DNA of 52,457 nucleotides from Rickettsia typhi. GTDB taxonomy: Bacteria > Pseudomonadota > Alphaproteobacteria > Rickettsiales > JABSSG01. The position numbers and the translations under genes were made by a program. The notes below the pieces were generated by a model, which saw only the letters and a program-made list of their open reading frames with translations, was not told where the DNA came from and ran no database searches. The stretch spans positions 1 through 52,457 of the forward strand of contig CAMCSP010000001.1 in NCBI GenBank assembly GCA_945877755.1, given 5' to 3'. This document shows, one piece after another, positions 38,829-50,024 of this stretch (position 1 is its first letter; each line of letters starts with the position of its first letter).

Positions 38829-40313
38829 ATGTTAGATATAAAGTTTTGTAAGGAATTCACCAAGAATCATGATAATATTGTTCTTTTTATCGATGATGCT
38901 TTTTCACTTATAAAAGATGCTAATAATATTAAAAAACTTTATCAGCTGGATGTGCTGGCAATTTTAAAAAATTGTAATTTTGAGGGTAATTTTGGAGAAA
39001 CGGTTATTATTCCTACAGATAAATCTGATCTTAAAAGCATTATTATAGTTAGTGTTGGTAAAGTTAGTGAATTGGATCAAAATAAATTTATTAAACTTGG
39101 CAGCAAAATTTATTTAGCGCTAGCAAAAAGTAAGTTAGGGCAAGTAGGTATTTATACCAGCTCTTTACCATGCGATAATTTTTCTGAAGAAAAAGTTATA
39201 TCTTTTATAAGTTTTGGTTTGCAGTTAAGGAGTTATAAATTTGATAAATATTTCACTGATAAAAAGAAAAAGGCACATTTGCCTGATATAGAAATAGTAA
39301 CACATTCACCAGAAAAAACTGCTGCATGTTATCATGATTCTGAAGCTATAGTTTCTGGTATTACAATGGCAAAAAATTTAATTAACGAGCCATCAAATAT
39401 CAAATATCCTGAAAGTTTTGCCAAGCAATGTGAAAGTCTAAAAGAATTAGGGATAGAAGTTGAGGTACTTGATGAAAAAAAGATGCAGACATTGGGTATG
39501 AATGCTCTGCTTGGTGTTGCTCAAGGTAGTGTAAAAAAGCCTAGACTTGTAATTATGAAATGGAATGGTGGTAAGAAAGATGATAATCCGATAGCGATTT
39601 GTGGAAAGGGCGTAACTTTTGATAGTGGTGGTTTGTCACTTAAGCCTGCTGAATCCATGGAAACAATGAAATATGATATGGCTGGTGCTGCTGTTGTTAC
39701 AGGTTTAATGAAAACCTTGGCATTAAGAAAAGCAAAAGCTAATATTGTTGGAGTTATTGGATTGGTTGAAAATATGCCAGATGGCGATGCACAAAAACCA
39801 GGTGATGTTGTGACAACAATGTCTGGTCAAACAATTGAGGTTCTAAATACTGATGCGGAGGGAAGATTGGTATTGGCGGATGTTTTATGGTATACACAAT
39901 CTGTACTTAATCCAAAGTTGATGATTGATCTTGCAACTTTAACTGGGGCAATTGTTGTAACTTTTGCTGGGCATTATGCCGGTCTGTTTTCTAATGATGA
40001 TAAATTATCTGAACAATTAACAGCAGCTGGTAATCATGTTGATGAAAAATTATGGCGCCTGCCTTTAGGACCAGAGTTTGATAAGATGATAGAATCAACA
40101 ATTGCTGATATGCAAAATATTGCTAGAGGTGGAGGAGGAAGTATTACTGCTGCTCAGTTACTACAAAAGTTTGTTAATAAAAAACCTTGGGCACATTTAG
40201 ATATTGCTGGAGCAGGTTGGTCTAAAACTGATAATGACTATCATGAAAAAGGCTCTACAGGATTTGGTCTAAGATTGCTCAATCAGTTTATTATTGATAA
40301 TTATGAAAAGTGA
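38829..40313 (+). CDS. pepA: leucyl aminopeptidase (M17)
   Basis: 494 aa. GKGVTFDSGG, MKYDMAGAA and NTDAEGRLVLAD signature. Confidence 0.9.
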   Translation: MLDIKFCKEFTKNHDNIVLFIDDAFSLIKDANNIKKLYQLDVLAILKNCNFEGNFGETVIIPTDKSDLKSIIIVSVGKVSELDQNKFIKLGSKIYLALAKSKLGQVGIYTSSLPCDNFSEEKVISFISFGLQLRSYKFDKYFTDKKKKAHLPDIEIVTHSPEKTAACYHDSEAIVSGITMAKNLINEPSNIKYPESFAKQCESLKELGIEVEVLDEKKMQTLGMNALLGVAQGSVKKPRLVIMKWNGGKKDDNPIAICGKGVTFDSGGLSLKPAESMETMKYDMAGAAVVTGLMKTLALRKAKANIVGVIGLVENMPDGDAQKPGDVVTTMSGQTIEVLNTDAEGRLVLADVLWYTQSVLNPKLMIDLATLTGAIVVTFAGHYAGLFSNDDKLSEQLTAAGNHVDEKLWRLPLGPEFDKMIESTIADMQNIARGGGGSITAAQLLQKFVNKKPWAHLDIAGAGWSKTDNDYHEKGSTGFGLRLLNQFIIDNYEK

Positions 40314-40764
40314 TCAGTGTGAAGTTAGTTTTTATCATTTGTCTAAATATCCTGTAGTTAAGGTTTTACCTAAATTACTGGAGAAGATCTATCAAGCGGA
40401 AAATAGATGTTTGGTATTATGCCAAAGTGATCAGGAGATGAAGGATTTAAATGATGTGATATGGACTTATTCTAGCCGTGCATTTTTACCTCATGGCTCT
40501 ATTACCGATCCTAACCCAGAAATTCAGCCGGTATTACTTAGCACAGATTCTAAAAACCTAAATTCAGCTAAAATTCTTATAGTGCTTTCTGGAATTGTTC
40601 CTGAGAATCTTCATGAATTTGATCGTTGTTTGGATTTATTTTGCGATACTGATGGTGATGTGGTAGTGGCGCAAGCAAGAAAAAGATATAAGTCTTACAA
40701 AGATAATAATTACCCACTGACCTACTGGACTCAAAATGAGGAAGGTGGTTGGGTTAAGAATTAG
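40303..40764 (+). CDS. holC: DNA polymerase III chi subunit
   Basis: EVSFYHL...KLLEKIYQ...LDDVIW-type motif (LNDVIWTY...FLPHG). Conserved pepA-holC adjacency. ATG at 40303; the track starts at TTG 40294. Confidence 0.75.
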   Translation: MKSDQCEVSFYHLSKYPVVKVLPKLLEKIYQAENRCLVLCQSDQEMKDLNDVIWTYSSRAFLPHGSITDPNPEIQPVLLSTDSKNLNSAKILIVLSGIVPENLHEFDRCLDLFCDTDGDVVVAQARKRYKSYKDNNYPLTYWTQNEEGGWVKN

Positions 40765-43322
40765 TTCTTTAGTTTATAAAGAAAATCTAGCGCAGATTTT
40801 GGGGTTAGTTCGTCGAGATTAAGATTCTCAATTGCTACATCTACTTTGGATTTTGTCTCACTGACTTTGCGTACTATAATTGTATTATCTTTTTGGTGAA
40901 GATCTTGGAGAATGTCCTTTGCTCTTTTAATTACAGATTTTGGAATGCCAGCGAGTTCGGCGACATTAATGCCATAAGAATTATTCGCAATTCCTTGAGC
41001 AACTTTATGCATAAAAATAATTTTCCCCTCCCACTCTTTTACCTGAACGCTGTAACATTTTAGAGAGGTTAGAGTTTTGCTAAGGTCTGTTAATTCATGA
41101 AAATGTGTGGCAAACAATGCTCGAGACTTAAGGTGATTATGAATATATTCAAGACAGCTCCAAGCTATTGCCATTCCGTCATAGGTTGATGTTCCTCTGC
41201 CTATCTCGTCTAAGATAATTAATGATTTACTAGTTGCTTGGTTTAAAATGGTGGCGGTTTCAATCATTTCAACTAAGAAGGTTGAGCGTCCTTGAGCAAG
41301 ATCATCACCAGCACCGACTCTACTAAACACTCGATCAATAATTCCGATTTTTGCTTTGCTAGCCGGTATGAATGAACCTATTTGCGCCAAGATTGCGATG
41401 ATAGCATTTTGACGGAGAAATGTACTTTTACCAGCCATATTAGGACCGGTAATTAACCATAAATTTTGTGAGTTACAAAGGTTACAATCATTGGCAATAA
41501 AATCTCCTTTTATGGTTTGCTCAACAACGGGGTGTCTTCCATTTTCAATATGAAAATCATTGCTATCATCAATGATTGGTTTGTGATAATTATTGTCTGC
41601 CGCCAATGTTGCAAGTCCAATTATTACATCGATATAGGCTATGGTTATAGCTGTTGAGGATAAGTTTTCGAGTTGGTTTATTAATTGTGCAACGATGTTT
41701 GAAAACACCTCATTTTCAATGATAGTAATTTGTGCATTAGCATTGATAATTTCTTCTTCCAATATACGTAATTTATTGGTAGTAAATCTTTTTGCATTTA
41801 CAAGTGATTGACGCAAGATAAATTCTTCACTGGTGATTTTGCTGACATGGCTTGGAGTTATTTCGATGTAATAACCAAGCATATTATTATATTCGAGTTT
41901 GAGATTTGGTATGTTTGTTTGCTGCCTATATTCATCACGTAATTTGGTGATTAACTCAACGGAATTATCACGTAAATCATATAAATGCGCTAGTCTTTGG
42001 TCAAATATTGGATTGATGAAATCATTTTGATTTAGATAAATATCGCGTTCGATTAAAACACTAGAAAGTAGCAATAATAGAGATTCATTTTGTAATAAGT
42101 TTGTTGATAGAGATTTTAGAGATCCAAAATTTTTGTTATCTAAAAGTTTGGCAATCATCACTGCAGTTTGCAGACCTTGCTGTATTGCATATAAATCTTT
42201 GGGCGATCCCCTACCAATAGCTAAGCGTGCTGCAGCTCTTTCTAGATCAGGGACTTGTTGTAATTTTTTTATGAGGTGTTGTCTTAATGATTCTTCAGTA
42301 ACAAAGAATTCTACCAAATTAAGTCGAGCATTAATTTTACCTATATTGGTAAGTGGTTGTGAAAGATATTTACGTAATAATCTTCCTCCGCTATTAGTTA
42401 CGGTTCTATCGATAATTTTTATTAGCGAGTATTTAGTATTTTCTGAATAAAATAGTTCCAGGTTTTTACGTGCAGTATTATCAATAATCATATATTCACT
42501 AGGCAATATTACCTTTGGAAAATTTAAAATGATTTTATCTTTGCGTTGCGTGATGCATAAATATTCAATCAATGCTCCACAGGCGGATACCTGGTTATTG
42601 GTAAAACTGCCAAGGCTTTCAATATTATGCAAACTAAAATTATCTTTGAGTTTATTGTAGTTTTTCTTATATTCAAACAAACTATTAACAAATGTAACAA
42701 ATTTTGGTTTCCATTCCGCTAATTGTTCCACAAGTTTTTTATTGTTAAAAACATCGTCAGTAATAATAATTTCTGATGGGCTGATTCTTGCCAAATTTGC
42801 AGTTAATAAATCTAACGAAGAAGTAATAGTATAGAATTCAAGTGTTGATAAATCAACATAAGCTATTGCCGCTTCTTGATCTCTAAAGGTAATTGCTGAT
42901 AGATAATTTGAAGTTTTGCCTTCAAGTAAATTGTCTTCGGTTAGGGTACCTGGAGTAACTATTCTAACTACATCACGATTTACTACTGTCTTAGAACCAC
43001 GTTTCTTAGCCTCTTCTGGTGATTCTAATTGTTCACAGATTGCAACTTTATAACCGTTTTTGATTAGCTTGTTGATATAATTTTCAGCGCTGTGATACGG
43101 AACACCACACATCGGTATTTCTTGATCTTGCTGCTTACCTCTTCTGGTTAGAGCTATCTCTAAAACTGGGGCAGCTGTGACCGCGTCTTCAAAGAATAAT
43201 TCATAGAAATCACCCATACGGAATAGTAATAAACAATCTTGATGCGCTGCTTTGGCTTCAAGATATTGTTGCATCATAGGGGTGATGCTCGTAATATTAG
43301 TCTTGATCAGCGTTTCAGACAT
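40761..43322 (-). CDS. mutS: DNA mismatch repair protein MutS
   Basis: 853 aa. TPMMQQYLE and GDFYELFFEDA N-terminus, Walker A TGPNMAGKST, and DEIGRGTSTYDG. Confidence 0.95.
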   Translation of the reverse strand: MSETLIKTNITSITPMMQQYLEAKAAHQDCLLLFRMGDFYELFFEDAVTAAPVLEIALTRRGKQQDQEIPMCGVPYHSAENYINKLIKNGYKVAICEQLESPEEAKKRGSKTVVNRDVVRIVTPGTLTEDNLLEGKTSNYLSAITFRDQEAAIAYVDLSTLEFYTITSSLDLLTANLARISPSEIIITDDVFNNKKLVEQLAEWKPKFVTFVNSLFEYKKNYNKLKDNFSLHNIESLGSFTNNQVSACGALIEYLCITQRKDKIILNFPKVILPSEYMIIDNTARKNLELFYSENTKYSLIKIIDRTVTNSGGRLLRKYLSQPLTNIGKINARLNLVEFFVTEESLRQHLIKKLQQVPDLERAAARLAIGRGSPKDLYAIQQGLQTAVMIAKLLDNKNFGSLKSLSTNLLQNESLLLLLSSVLIERDIYLNQNDFINPIFDQRLAHLYDLRDNSVELITKLRDEYRQQTNIPNLKLEYNNMLGYYIEITPSHVSKITSEEFILRQSLVNAKRFTTNKLRILEEEIINANAQITIIENEVFSNIVAQLINQLENLSSTAITIAYIDVIIGLATLAADNNYHKPIIDDSNDFHIENGRHPVVEQTIKGDFIANDCNLCNSQNLWLITGPNMAGKSTFLRQNAIIAILAQIGSFIPASKAKIGIIDRVFSRVGAGDDLAQGRSTFLVEMIETATILNQATSKSLIILDEIGRGTSTYDGMAIAWSCLEYIHNHLKSRALFATHFHELTDLSKTLTSLKCYSVQVKEWEGKIIFMHKVAQGIANNSYGINVAELAGIPKSVIKRAKDILQDLHQKDNTIIVRKVSETKSKVDVAIENLNLDELTPKSALDFLYKLKN

Positions 43323-43328
43323 GTAAAA

Positions 43329-44591
43329 TTATTGGGTGCGTTTTATGTTCCTGATTTTTAGAATCATCAATAATCCTGGCAGAGCTGCAATCATGCTGAC
43401 TATAAAGAACATAGTCCAGCCATAATCATCAACGACGAATCCTAATGTGCCGGAGATGAAATTTCGACCAATCGTAGCAAAAGAGCTAAGTAGAGCATAT
43501 TGCGTTGCTGCAAAGTTAAGGTTACATAGGCTGCTTATATATCCAACAAATACTACATCGCCAATTCCGGAGCAGACATTTTCGATGGTGATGGTTGTGA
43601 TTAGCATGAGGTTGTTATGCCCTATATAATCTTGAAGTATAAACATACCGTTAGAGAGCATTTGGATAATAGCAGCAAATATTAATGAGTGAATGAGGCC
43701 ATAACGATGAACTACTACTCCGCCCATGAAAGTTCCTAAAAGGGTAGATGGTAAGCCGTAAGTCTTGACAATTAGAGCAATTTCTGGCAGAGAAAACCCA
43801 GTTTTGATCAAGAATGGTTGGGTTAAATTTCCTGCGACTGCATCACCAAGTTTGAATAATACTATGAACAAAAGAAGATAGAGCCAGCCAGATGTTTGGG
43901 TAAAATTCTTAAATGGTTCAATTATCATTTTAGTTAGATGTTCATGATAACCCTTTAAAGCCTTTTGATCTTTATGGGTAGGCTCTGAGCTGAAGATTGT
44001 AACGAGTAATGCTAGTGCCATTATAATTCCACCAACATAATATGCATAATGCCAATTTGAATAACCAGCTATTATTAATAATGCTGCTCCAGAGATATAT
44101 AATCCTATTCTATATCCGTAAATATACATGGTTACGCCCATTGACTGGAGATTTACCGGTAATTTTTCAATACGATAAGCATCAACTACTATATCTTGGC
44201 TGGCTGATAGAAATGCTACTATTGTTGCTATAACTGCACAATATAACAAGCTTGAATCTGGTTCACTTTGAGCAAGTAAGAAAATTGCTATAACCATCAG
44301 GCTTTGTATTAAAAATAACCAACTCCTGCGTTGACCGAGTTTCTTGTATAAAATTGGCAATCTGATGCCATCAATGAATGGTGACCATAAGAATTTTATA
44401 GAATAAGGTATGGAAATGAAGGCAAAAGCTCCAACTTCTTTCATTGAAATGCCATGGGTTGCTATCCAAGTTTTTAAGGTAGAGGCTGTGAGTGCTAGTG
44501 GAAATCCACAAGCTATCCCCATGAACAACATTACTAGCAAACTAGGGTTTGAAATAAGGTCGCGGAAACTAGGTTTTACATTGTTTTTCAT
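43329..44591 (-). CDS. ampG: AmpG-family MFS muropeptide permease
   Basis: 420 aa, about 12 TM. LGQRRSWLFLIQ loop motif typical of AmpG. Confidence 0.75.
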   Translation of the reverse strand: MKNNVKPSFRDLISNPSLLVMLFMGIACGFPLALTASTLKTWIATHGISMKEVGAFAFISIPYSIKFLWSPFIDGIRLPILYKKLGQRRSWLFLIQSLMVIAIFLLAQSEPDSSLLYCAVIATIVAFLSASQDIVVDAYRIEKLPVNLQSMGVTMYIYGYRIGLYISGAALLIIAGYSNWHYAYYVGGIIMALALLVTIFSSEPTHKDQKALKGYHEHLTKMIIEPFKNFTQTSGWLYLLLFIVLFKLGDAVAGNLTQPFLIKTGFSLPEIALIVKTYGLPSTLLGTFMGGVVVHRYGLIHSLIFAAIIQMLSNGMFILQDYIGHNNLMLITTITIENVCSGIGDVVFVGYISSLCNLNFAATQYALLSSFATIGRNFISGTLGFVVDDYGWTMFFIVSMIAALPGLLMILKIRNIKRTQ

Positions 44592-44611
44592 TTATATATC
44601 CTAATAGAACT

Positions 44612-44686
44612 TGGTGACTCCTACGGGATTCGAACCCGTATTACCACCGTGAAAGGGTGGTGTCCTAACCATTAGACGAAGGAGCC
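44612..44686 (-). tRNA. tRNA-Glu (anticodon UUC), CCA encoded
   Basis: Hand-folded cloverleaf: acceptor GGCTCCT/AGGAGTC, D-arm GTCT-AATGGTTA-GGAC, anticodon arm CCACC-CTTTCAC-GGTGG, T-arm ACGGG-TTCGAAT-CCCGT, discriminator A plus CCA. 75 nt. Confidence 0.9.
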
Positions 44687-44744
44687 AATTGAGGTTCGAT
44701 TATAGGTAATTTATTTTTTTTATCAAGCTAGAATATTAAAGACT

Positions 44745-45239
44745 TTAAGAAATATTGATAGTGATGACTTTATTATATATATCAACTTTAGGGAAAGTAA
44801 CATTTTTAAAACTGTGCATGACTTTGTGATGTGAGTTATGTAATTGAATCTCAACAATATCTCCCGCGCCAAAATTATGTAGAGCTGTGATTGTGCCATA
44901 TATATTATCATTTTGGTCGCAGACATTCATTCCAATTAGGTCGTTATAATAATATTCATTCTCATCTAAAACAGGAAAATTCTTCTTTTCTATGTAAAGT
45001 TCTGAGCCTATAAGGGTTTCAGCGGTATTTCTATCTGAGATGCCATTAACTCTGGCTAATAAGACTGTATCATTTTGTGAAGTGATCTTAATATCGAATT
45101 GCTTCGACTGGTCATGGTTGTAGACACTTCCGTATTTGTTTATATCTGTTGGGTTGGCCGTAAAGGACTTAATTTTGACCAATCCTCCAATACCGTGTGC
45201 GGCAGTTATTACACCCATTTTAACTAATCTGTCAGACAT
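44745..45239 (-). CDS. rimM: 16S rRNA processing protein RimM
   Basis: 164 aa. N-terminal GVITAAHGIGGLVKIKSFT beta-barrel motif and a C-terminal PRC-barrel-like half. Confidence 0.85.
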   Translation of the reverse strand: MSDRLVKMGVITAAHGIGGLVKIKSFTANPTDINKYGSVYNHDQSKQFDIKITSQNDTVLLARVNGISDRNTAETLIGSELYIEKKNFPVLDENEYYYNDLIGMNVCDQNDNIYGTITALHNFGAGDIVEIQLHNSHHKVMHSFKNVTFPKVDIYNKVITINIS

Positions 45240-45327
45240 ACCATACTTTACTATAAATCAATTTATCTCTTTAATATTGTTTGTCATTTCATTATAATAC
45301 AATAGATGTGAAGTTAATAGTGAGTTT

Positions 45328-47775
45328 ATGAGAAAGTTAGTAGGAATAGTCATTATTTTGATTTTATTAGGCATGGCTTACTTGGGCTATGTTTTTACTC
45401 AAGATAGGGCTGAAGATGGTCTTCATGATTCTAATACCAAGGTTTCTCTTCAATTATTACCATTTCCGTTGATTATTGCCAACGATGGAAGCAAAAATGA
45501 TTCGTTATTAGAATTATTACTCAACAAAGACAAGAATATAGTTAGTATTCATGATGGAAAATTAGAATTTGCTAATGTTTTGCCATTCGGTTCAAAAGTT
45601 TTTTTTGAAGGGGTTTCTTTAGATTTTGCTTATGACCATCAAGAAAATAAGGTTAAGTTTTCAGGTAATATTAGTAATAAAATTAATACGGTTATATCTG
45701 GTGAGTATTATTTAAACGATAAAAATAATGTTGTTTATAATTTGAAGTTTGATTCTGCTTTATACAATATTCTCATTTCTGGTAACTACAAGTTTCTTGA
45801 AGACCAAGCTGGAATATTAGAAGGCAGTTTTTCTTGTAACTTCCCCAATATGGCTAAATTCTTTGAATTTGCAACTGATAATATAGCTTTTAATTCTCAA
45901 TATGTGGAAGTTTTGGCCATTAACGGTGATTACGTTTATCAAGATAATAAATTCAATATTAATAATGCTGTCGTTAAGTCTAAAAATATTGATATGTTAT
46001 TTGGTCTTGATTTCAATAATGATACTAATCAAACTTTTACTGTGGATGCAGGAATTAATCGCTTAGACCTTGATAAGATTATTGATCCAACCACTCTTAA
46101 TAAGGAAAACTTTAAAATTATTAAGATCAATTTTGCTAATCATATACAAAAAATGCTTGGCCAATATAATGCAGATAATGTGTTTCATGGAAAGATTTCT
46201 GGCATTGAAATTGTTTTAAATGGAGTAAATATTAAAGATTTTCAGTTAGACGTTGAATCACAAGCTAACACAGGTTTTCTAGTAAATAAACTTAATTTTT
46301 CTCTTCCTGGGGATTCTAATATCGCAGTTTCTGGTGTTATTAAATCCAATAAATATCGTCCGATACTTACTGGAAAGGCTGATGTTAATAGTAAAGATTT
46401 AAAGCAATTAGTGCATTATTTTGATGATAGTTTAGATCTAATCCAATTACAGGATAACATTCCTACATCTGCTAGTGCTCAGATTATTGTTACGCCGGTT
46501 CTTACTTCTCTTTCTGATATTAGCTTTGCAAGTGGAGATGGATCAATAACTGGTGCTTGGTTTTATTCAAACTACGATCTTCAGAAAATCGTTCATTCAG
46601 ATTTTAATTTCAGTAATTTTAATATAAATAAAAAGTCTATAATAAATAGTCAGATTCTAAATAACTTGGTTACGAAATCAAATCATCCAGATTTCGTTGA
46701 ACATTTAATGAAATTAAAGTCAATACAAGTTGCTCATGACAGTGATTTACAATTTAACAATGTATCCTTTGATGGCACTATTTTAAATCAGCTTAATTGT
46801 GAGGCTATCTTAAGACCAGGTTTTGCTAAATTAAATGGCATTAAGATTAAATCTGATTTAATGAAATTTTCAGGCGATGTATCTGTTGATGTAAGTGGCG
46901 TGAGACCTGTTATTGACATAGCGTTAAAGGGAGATTTATTTGATAGTAATTTTCTTAAATATCTTTCTTCTTTTACTGAAGCTGAAGTTGATAACTCTAG
47001 CCCACAGAATAGTTTGACCGGAATAGATAATAGGAAGTTCGAAGTATTTAGATTTGATAAATTTACTGGTTATATTCAACTGAATTTTGCGAAAATTACT
47101 AATGATTTAATTGAAGCAAATAACTTTAATTTCTTTGCTTCAATTAAAGATGGTGTTATCAAGATAGAGAAATTTAATGCTAATGTTTTTAGCGGGTATT
47201 TACAGGGTCTTGGCAACATGTCTTTAGCTCCACTAACTACTAATTTTTCATATTCTTTTGCTGATGCTGATATAGGGCAGATTGCCTATGGTATTTTTAA
47301 AAGTAATAGTTTTTCAGGCAATGCAAGTATTATTGGCAATCTTAATTCAAGTGGAGATTCTTTAAAGGAACTTATAGCTAAACTAAATGGAGAAATAAAA
47401 ATGCAAAGCAATAATTTGTTTGTGGATCATTTCAATATTGGTTCCTTGGCAGCTATGTACGGTAAATCTTCAAAATCATCTGTTGGTAAAAAAACAGATA
47501 TTCGTTCTGGTAGTACTTTATTTAATTCAGTTAGTGGTGATATTGCAATTAAGAGTGGTGTGTTTATATCAGATAAAGTCAGTTTTGAGACTGACAGTAA
47601 TATCAGTGGGGCAACCAGCTTTAGCTTTCAGCTGGCTGAGAACATCTTAAATAGTATAACTAGTATTGCATATGTTGATCCTGACGGTAATATTGACGGT
47701 TTTAATGTTTCTTTGAATGGTCCTTTAGGTAATTTGAAATTACAATTAGGCAGCGGTTCTAAACCTAATTCTTAA
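45328..47775 (+). CDS. AsmA-family large envelope protein
   Basis: 815 aa. Single N-terminal TM anchor, long beta-rich Asn/Ser-rich body, and a C-terminal LNGEIKM...VSGDIAIKSGVF region reminiscent of the AsmA C-terminus. Assignment by architecture only. Confidence 0.5.
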   Translation: MRKLVGIVIILILLGMAYLGYVFTQDRAEDGLHDSNTKVSLQLLPFPLIIANDGSKNDSLLELLLNKDKNIVSIHDGKLEFANVLPFGSKVFFEGVSLDFAYDHQENKVKFSGNISNKINTVISGEYYLNDKNNVVYNLKFDSALYNILISGNYKFLEDQAGILEGSFSCNFPNMAKFFEFATDNIAFNSQYVEVLAINGDYVYQDNKFNINNAVVKSKNIDMLFGLDFNNDTNQTFTVDAGINRLDLDKIIDPTTLNKENFKIIKINFANHIQKMLGQYNADNVFHGKISGIEIVLNGVNIKDFQLDVESQANTGFLVNKLNFSLPGDSNIAVSGVIKSNKYRPILTGKADVNSKDLKQLVHYFDDSLDLIQLQDNIPTSASAQIIVTPVLTSLSDISFASGDGSITGAWFYSNYDLQKIVHSDFNFSNFNINKKSIINSQILNNLVTKSNHPDFVEHLMKLKSIQVAHDSDLQFNNVSFDGTILNQLNCEAILRPGFAKLNGIKIKSDLMKFSGDVSVDVSGVRPVIDIALKGDLFDSNFLKYLSSFTEAEVDNSSPQNSLTGIDNRKFEVFRFDKFTGYIQLNFAKITNDLIEANNFNFFASIKDGVIKIEKFNANVFSGYLQGLGNMSLAPLTTNFSYSFADADIGQIAYGIFKSNSFSGNASIIGNLNSSGDSLKELIAKLNGEIKMQSNNLFVDHFNIGSLAAMYGKSSKSSVGKKTDIRSGSTLFNSVSGDIAIKSGVFISDKVSFETDSNISGATSFSFQLAENILNSITSIAYVDPDGNIDGFNVSLNGPLGNLKLQLGSGSKPNS

Positions 47776-47812
47776 GATATAAAATCAATAGAGGCTGGTG
47801 TAGAAGTAAAGT

Positions 47813-47865
47813 TCTAGATTTGTTATTAAGACTGGGTTCCAATTTTACAAGTATTCAAATCTAGA
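47813..47865. terminator. 10-bp perfect inverted repeat (TCTAGATTTG ... CAAATCTAGA) followed by TTT, between convergent asmA-like and rsmI genes
   Basis: Seen directly. The large loop (33 nt) makes a classical intrinsic terminator uncertain. Confidence 0.3.
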
Positions 47866-47924
47866 TTTTGGATGGTTGTTGTTTTAATGGCAATAATCAT
47901 CAAGCGCTTTTTTATAGGTTTTTA

Positions 47925-48776
47925 TTATTTTTTTATCAAAGAAATAGCGCGTTTATAGATATCTTTTTTTATAAAGCTGGCATTATGAGATATAATCTCA
48001 ACGGCATCTTTCAAGCTATTCTCTTTCAATAATATCTTTAGTTGCTTATCTAGGTCACTAAGCTCGGTAATTAGGTTAGCATTGTCATCTGCAGCTATTA
48101 CTATTACAACCTCGCCTCTTGGTGTATGGGCATTGTAATATTCAATTACAGCATTGATTTGATCTGTTTTAATTTCTTCGTAGATTTTGGTTAATTCTCT
48201 AATTACCGAAATATGCCGTTTGCCCATTACAGTATTGATATCATGTAATGTATCCACTAATCTGCTGGCTGATTCAAAGAGAATGGTAGTTTTATTGATT
48301 AATTTTAGTTCTTGTAGTTGTTTGATTCGACTATTTTGTTTGTGAGATAAAAACCCTTCAAATACAAAATTATTTGTTGGTAAACCAGAAACTGCTAATG
48401 CCGATACAGCAGAGTTTGGACCAGGACAAATAGTAACTTTCACATCATTTTGCATTGCAAGCTTTACCAATTTGTAACCAGGGTCAGATATTAGCGGTGT
48501 ACCGGCATCTGAAACTAAGACAATAGATTTTCCATGTATTATTTTATCTATTATTTTATTTCGCTCATACTCTTTGCTATGATCATTATATATTAGCATT
48601 GATGTTTTTATATCATAATGGCTTAATAATTTATTGGTTATCCTACTATCCTCACAGGCAATGTAATCTGCTGCTTTTAATGTTTGAAGAGCTCTGATTG
48701 TTATATCTGAGATATTACCAATAGGTGTAGCAACTAGGTATAAGGCTGGTTCTAGATCTATGTCTTTAATTTGCAT
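47925..48776 (-). CDS. rsmI: 16S rRNA (cytidine1402-2'-O)-methyltransferase
   Basis: 283 aa. LYLVATPIGNISDITIRALQTL...ACEDSR signature of the tetrapyrrole-methylase-fold RsmI. Confidence 0.85.
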   Translation of the reverse strand: MQIKDIDLEPALYLVATPIGNISDITIRALQTLKAADYIACEDSRITNKLLSHYDIKTSMLIYNDHSKEYERNKIIDKIIHGKSIVLVSDAGTPLISDPGYKLVKLAMQNDVKVTICPGPNSAVSALAVSGLPTNNFVFEGFLSHKQNSRIKQLQELKLINKTTILFESASRLVDTLHDINTVMGKRHISVIRELTKIYEEIKTDQINAVIEYYNAHTPRGEVVIVIAADDNANLITELSDLDKQLKILLKENSLKDAVEIISHNASFIKKDIYKRAISLIKK

Positions 48777-48944
48777 GATTCTCTATAATTATTAAAGAAA
48801 TTTTTTGACTACAACTATACTAAGTTTTATTTTTATAAATATATAAATGTTTAATTTAAATCGAAGTTTTTATTGAAAAGTTATAAAAAACGGTTAATGA
48901 TACTGACGTGCCTTGCTGGACAATTAATTTAATTAGAGAGAGTA

Positions 48945-49583
48945 ATGTTAAAAGATATAGAATTAAGCGAATTTTTATGTGCTAAATTTTGTCATGATTT
49001 AGCTGGTCCAATTGGAGCTATTAATAATGGTATAGATTTTTTTGAATCTGATAATGAGCAGATGAAAGAAAAAGCTTATGAATTGGTAAGAATGAGCTCT
49101 AAACAAGCTGTAAATCGTTTGACTTTTTTTAGGCAAGCTTATGGTAATATCGCAGCAGATAATGAAACTCATTTGATGGAGTTGAGATCTTTGATTTTAA
49201 AATTCATGGAAGATAGTAAATTGCAGTTAGATTTTATTGATAGTGCAAGTGATAATAATGATGTGGTTGACGGCAAATTAGGTAAGCTATTAATAAACGT
49301 AGTAATAATTGCTACTCATGTTATAATGGCGAATGGCCTAATCTCTGTAAGAGTAGAACGTCTAAAAGATCAATCAAAAATTATAGTGTCTGCTGAGGGT
49401 CAAAGCCATAAATTAGAAGAAGAATTGCTTAAGATTCTGGATTGGGATTTAAATGGTATTGAGATAAATTCGCGTAATATTCAACATTACTATACAGCAT
49501 TGTTATTAAAAGAAATAGACGCTTCGATAACTGTGGATGAGAAAGGGGATAAAGTACATTTTACTATTGTTTCTAGTAAGTAA
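48945..49583 (+). CDS. chpT: ChpT-like histidine phosphotransferase
   Basis: 212 aa. N-terminal LCAKFCHDLAGPIGAINNGIDFF matches the ChpT H-box pattern (L..R.CHDL..P.GAI.NG.E) with a degenerate HATPase-like C-terminal half. Confidence 0.6.
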   Translation: MLKDIELSEFLCAKFCHDLAGPIGAINNGIDFFESDNEQMKEKAYELVRMSSKQAVNRLTFFRQAYGNIAADNETHLMELRSLILKFMEDSKLQLDFIDSASDNNDVVDGKLGKLLINVVIIATHVIMANGLISVRVERLKDQSKIIVSAEGQSHKLEEELLKILDWDLNGIEINSRNIQHYYTALLLKEIDASITVDEKGDKVHFTIVSSK

Positions 49584-49995
49584 TAATATTTTTCTATTCA
49601 TTGAAATATTGCAATGAAGTTAGAAGAAAATTATAATATCGAATATTTTGTACTGATTACTATCTCTTTATAATGACCTCTTTTTGCTGCACGTTATTAT
49701 ATAGCTAAATCTTAACGGTTCTGGTGAGTCATTAACTTTTTGAGTGAAGGGGTTTAGTCCATTTTAACCATAAACCAAACAATATATTTAGTAACCCTAT
49801 ACCTCTTGCCTTTTATAAATCTGGATTAATCTCTATAGTTGATAGGAACGCCTAGCTTATTATTTTAGCAGACGGTGGGAAGCTTTGTCGAATTGAAAAA
49901 AATTTGTGACGTGCTGCTTATTAAATGATTAGTATTTTTAGTTGCTGCACAATTAATATGCTTAGAGCTTTATATATTTAGAGATAAATTTTTAC

Positions 49996-50024
49996 TTGAC
50001 ATTATAATTAATATATTTTAATCT
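49996..50024 (+). promoter_or_regulatory. sigma70-type promoter candidate upstream of the repeat-protein gene (TTGACA-N17-TAATCT)
   Basis: Hexamers read directly. Such matches are easy to find by chance in very AT-rich DNA. Confidence 0.25.
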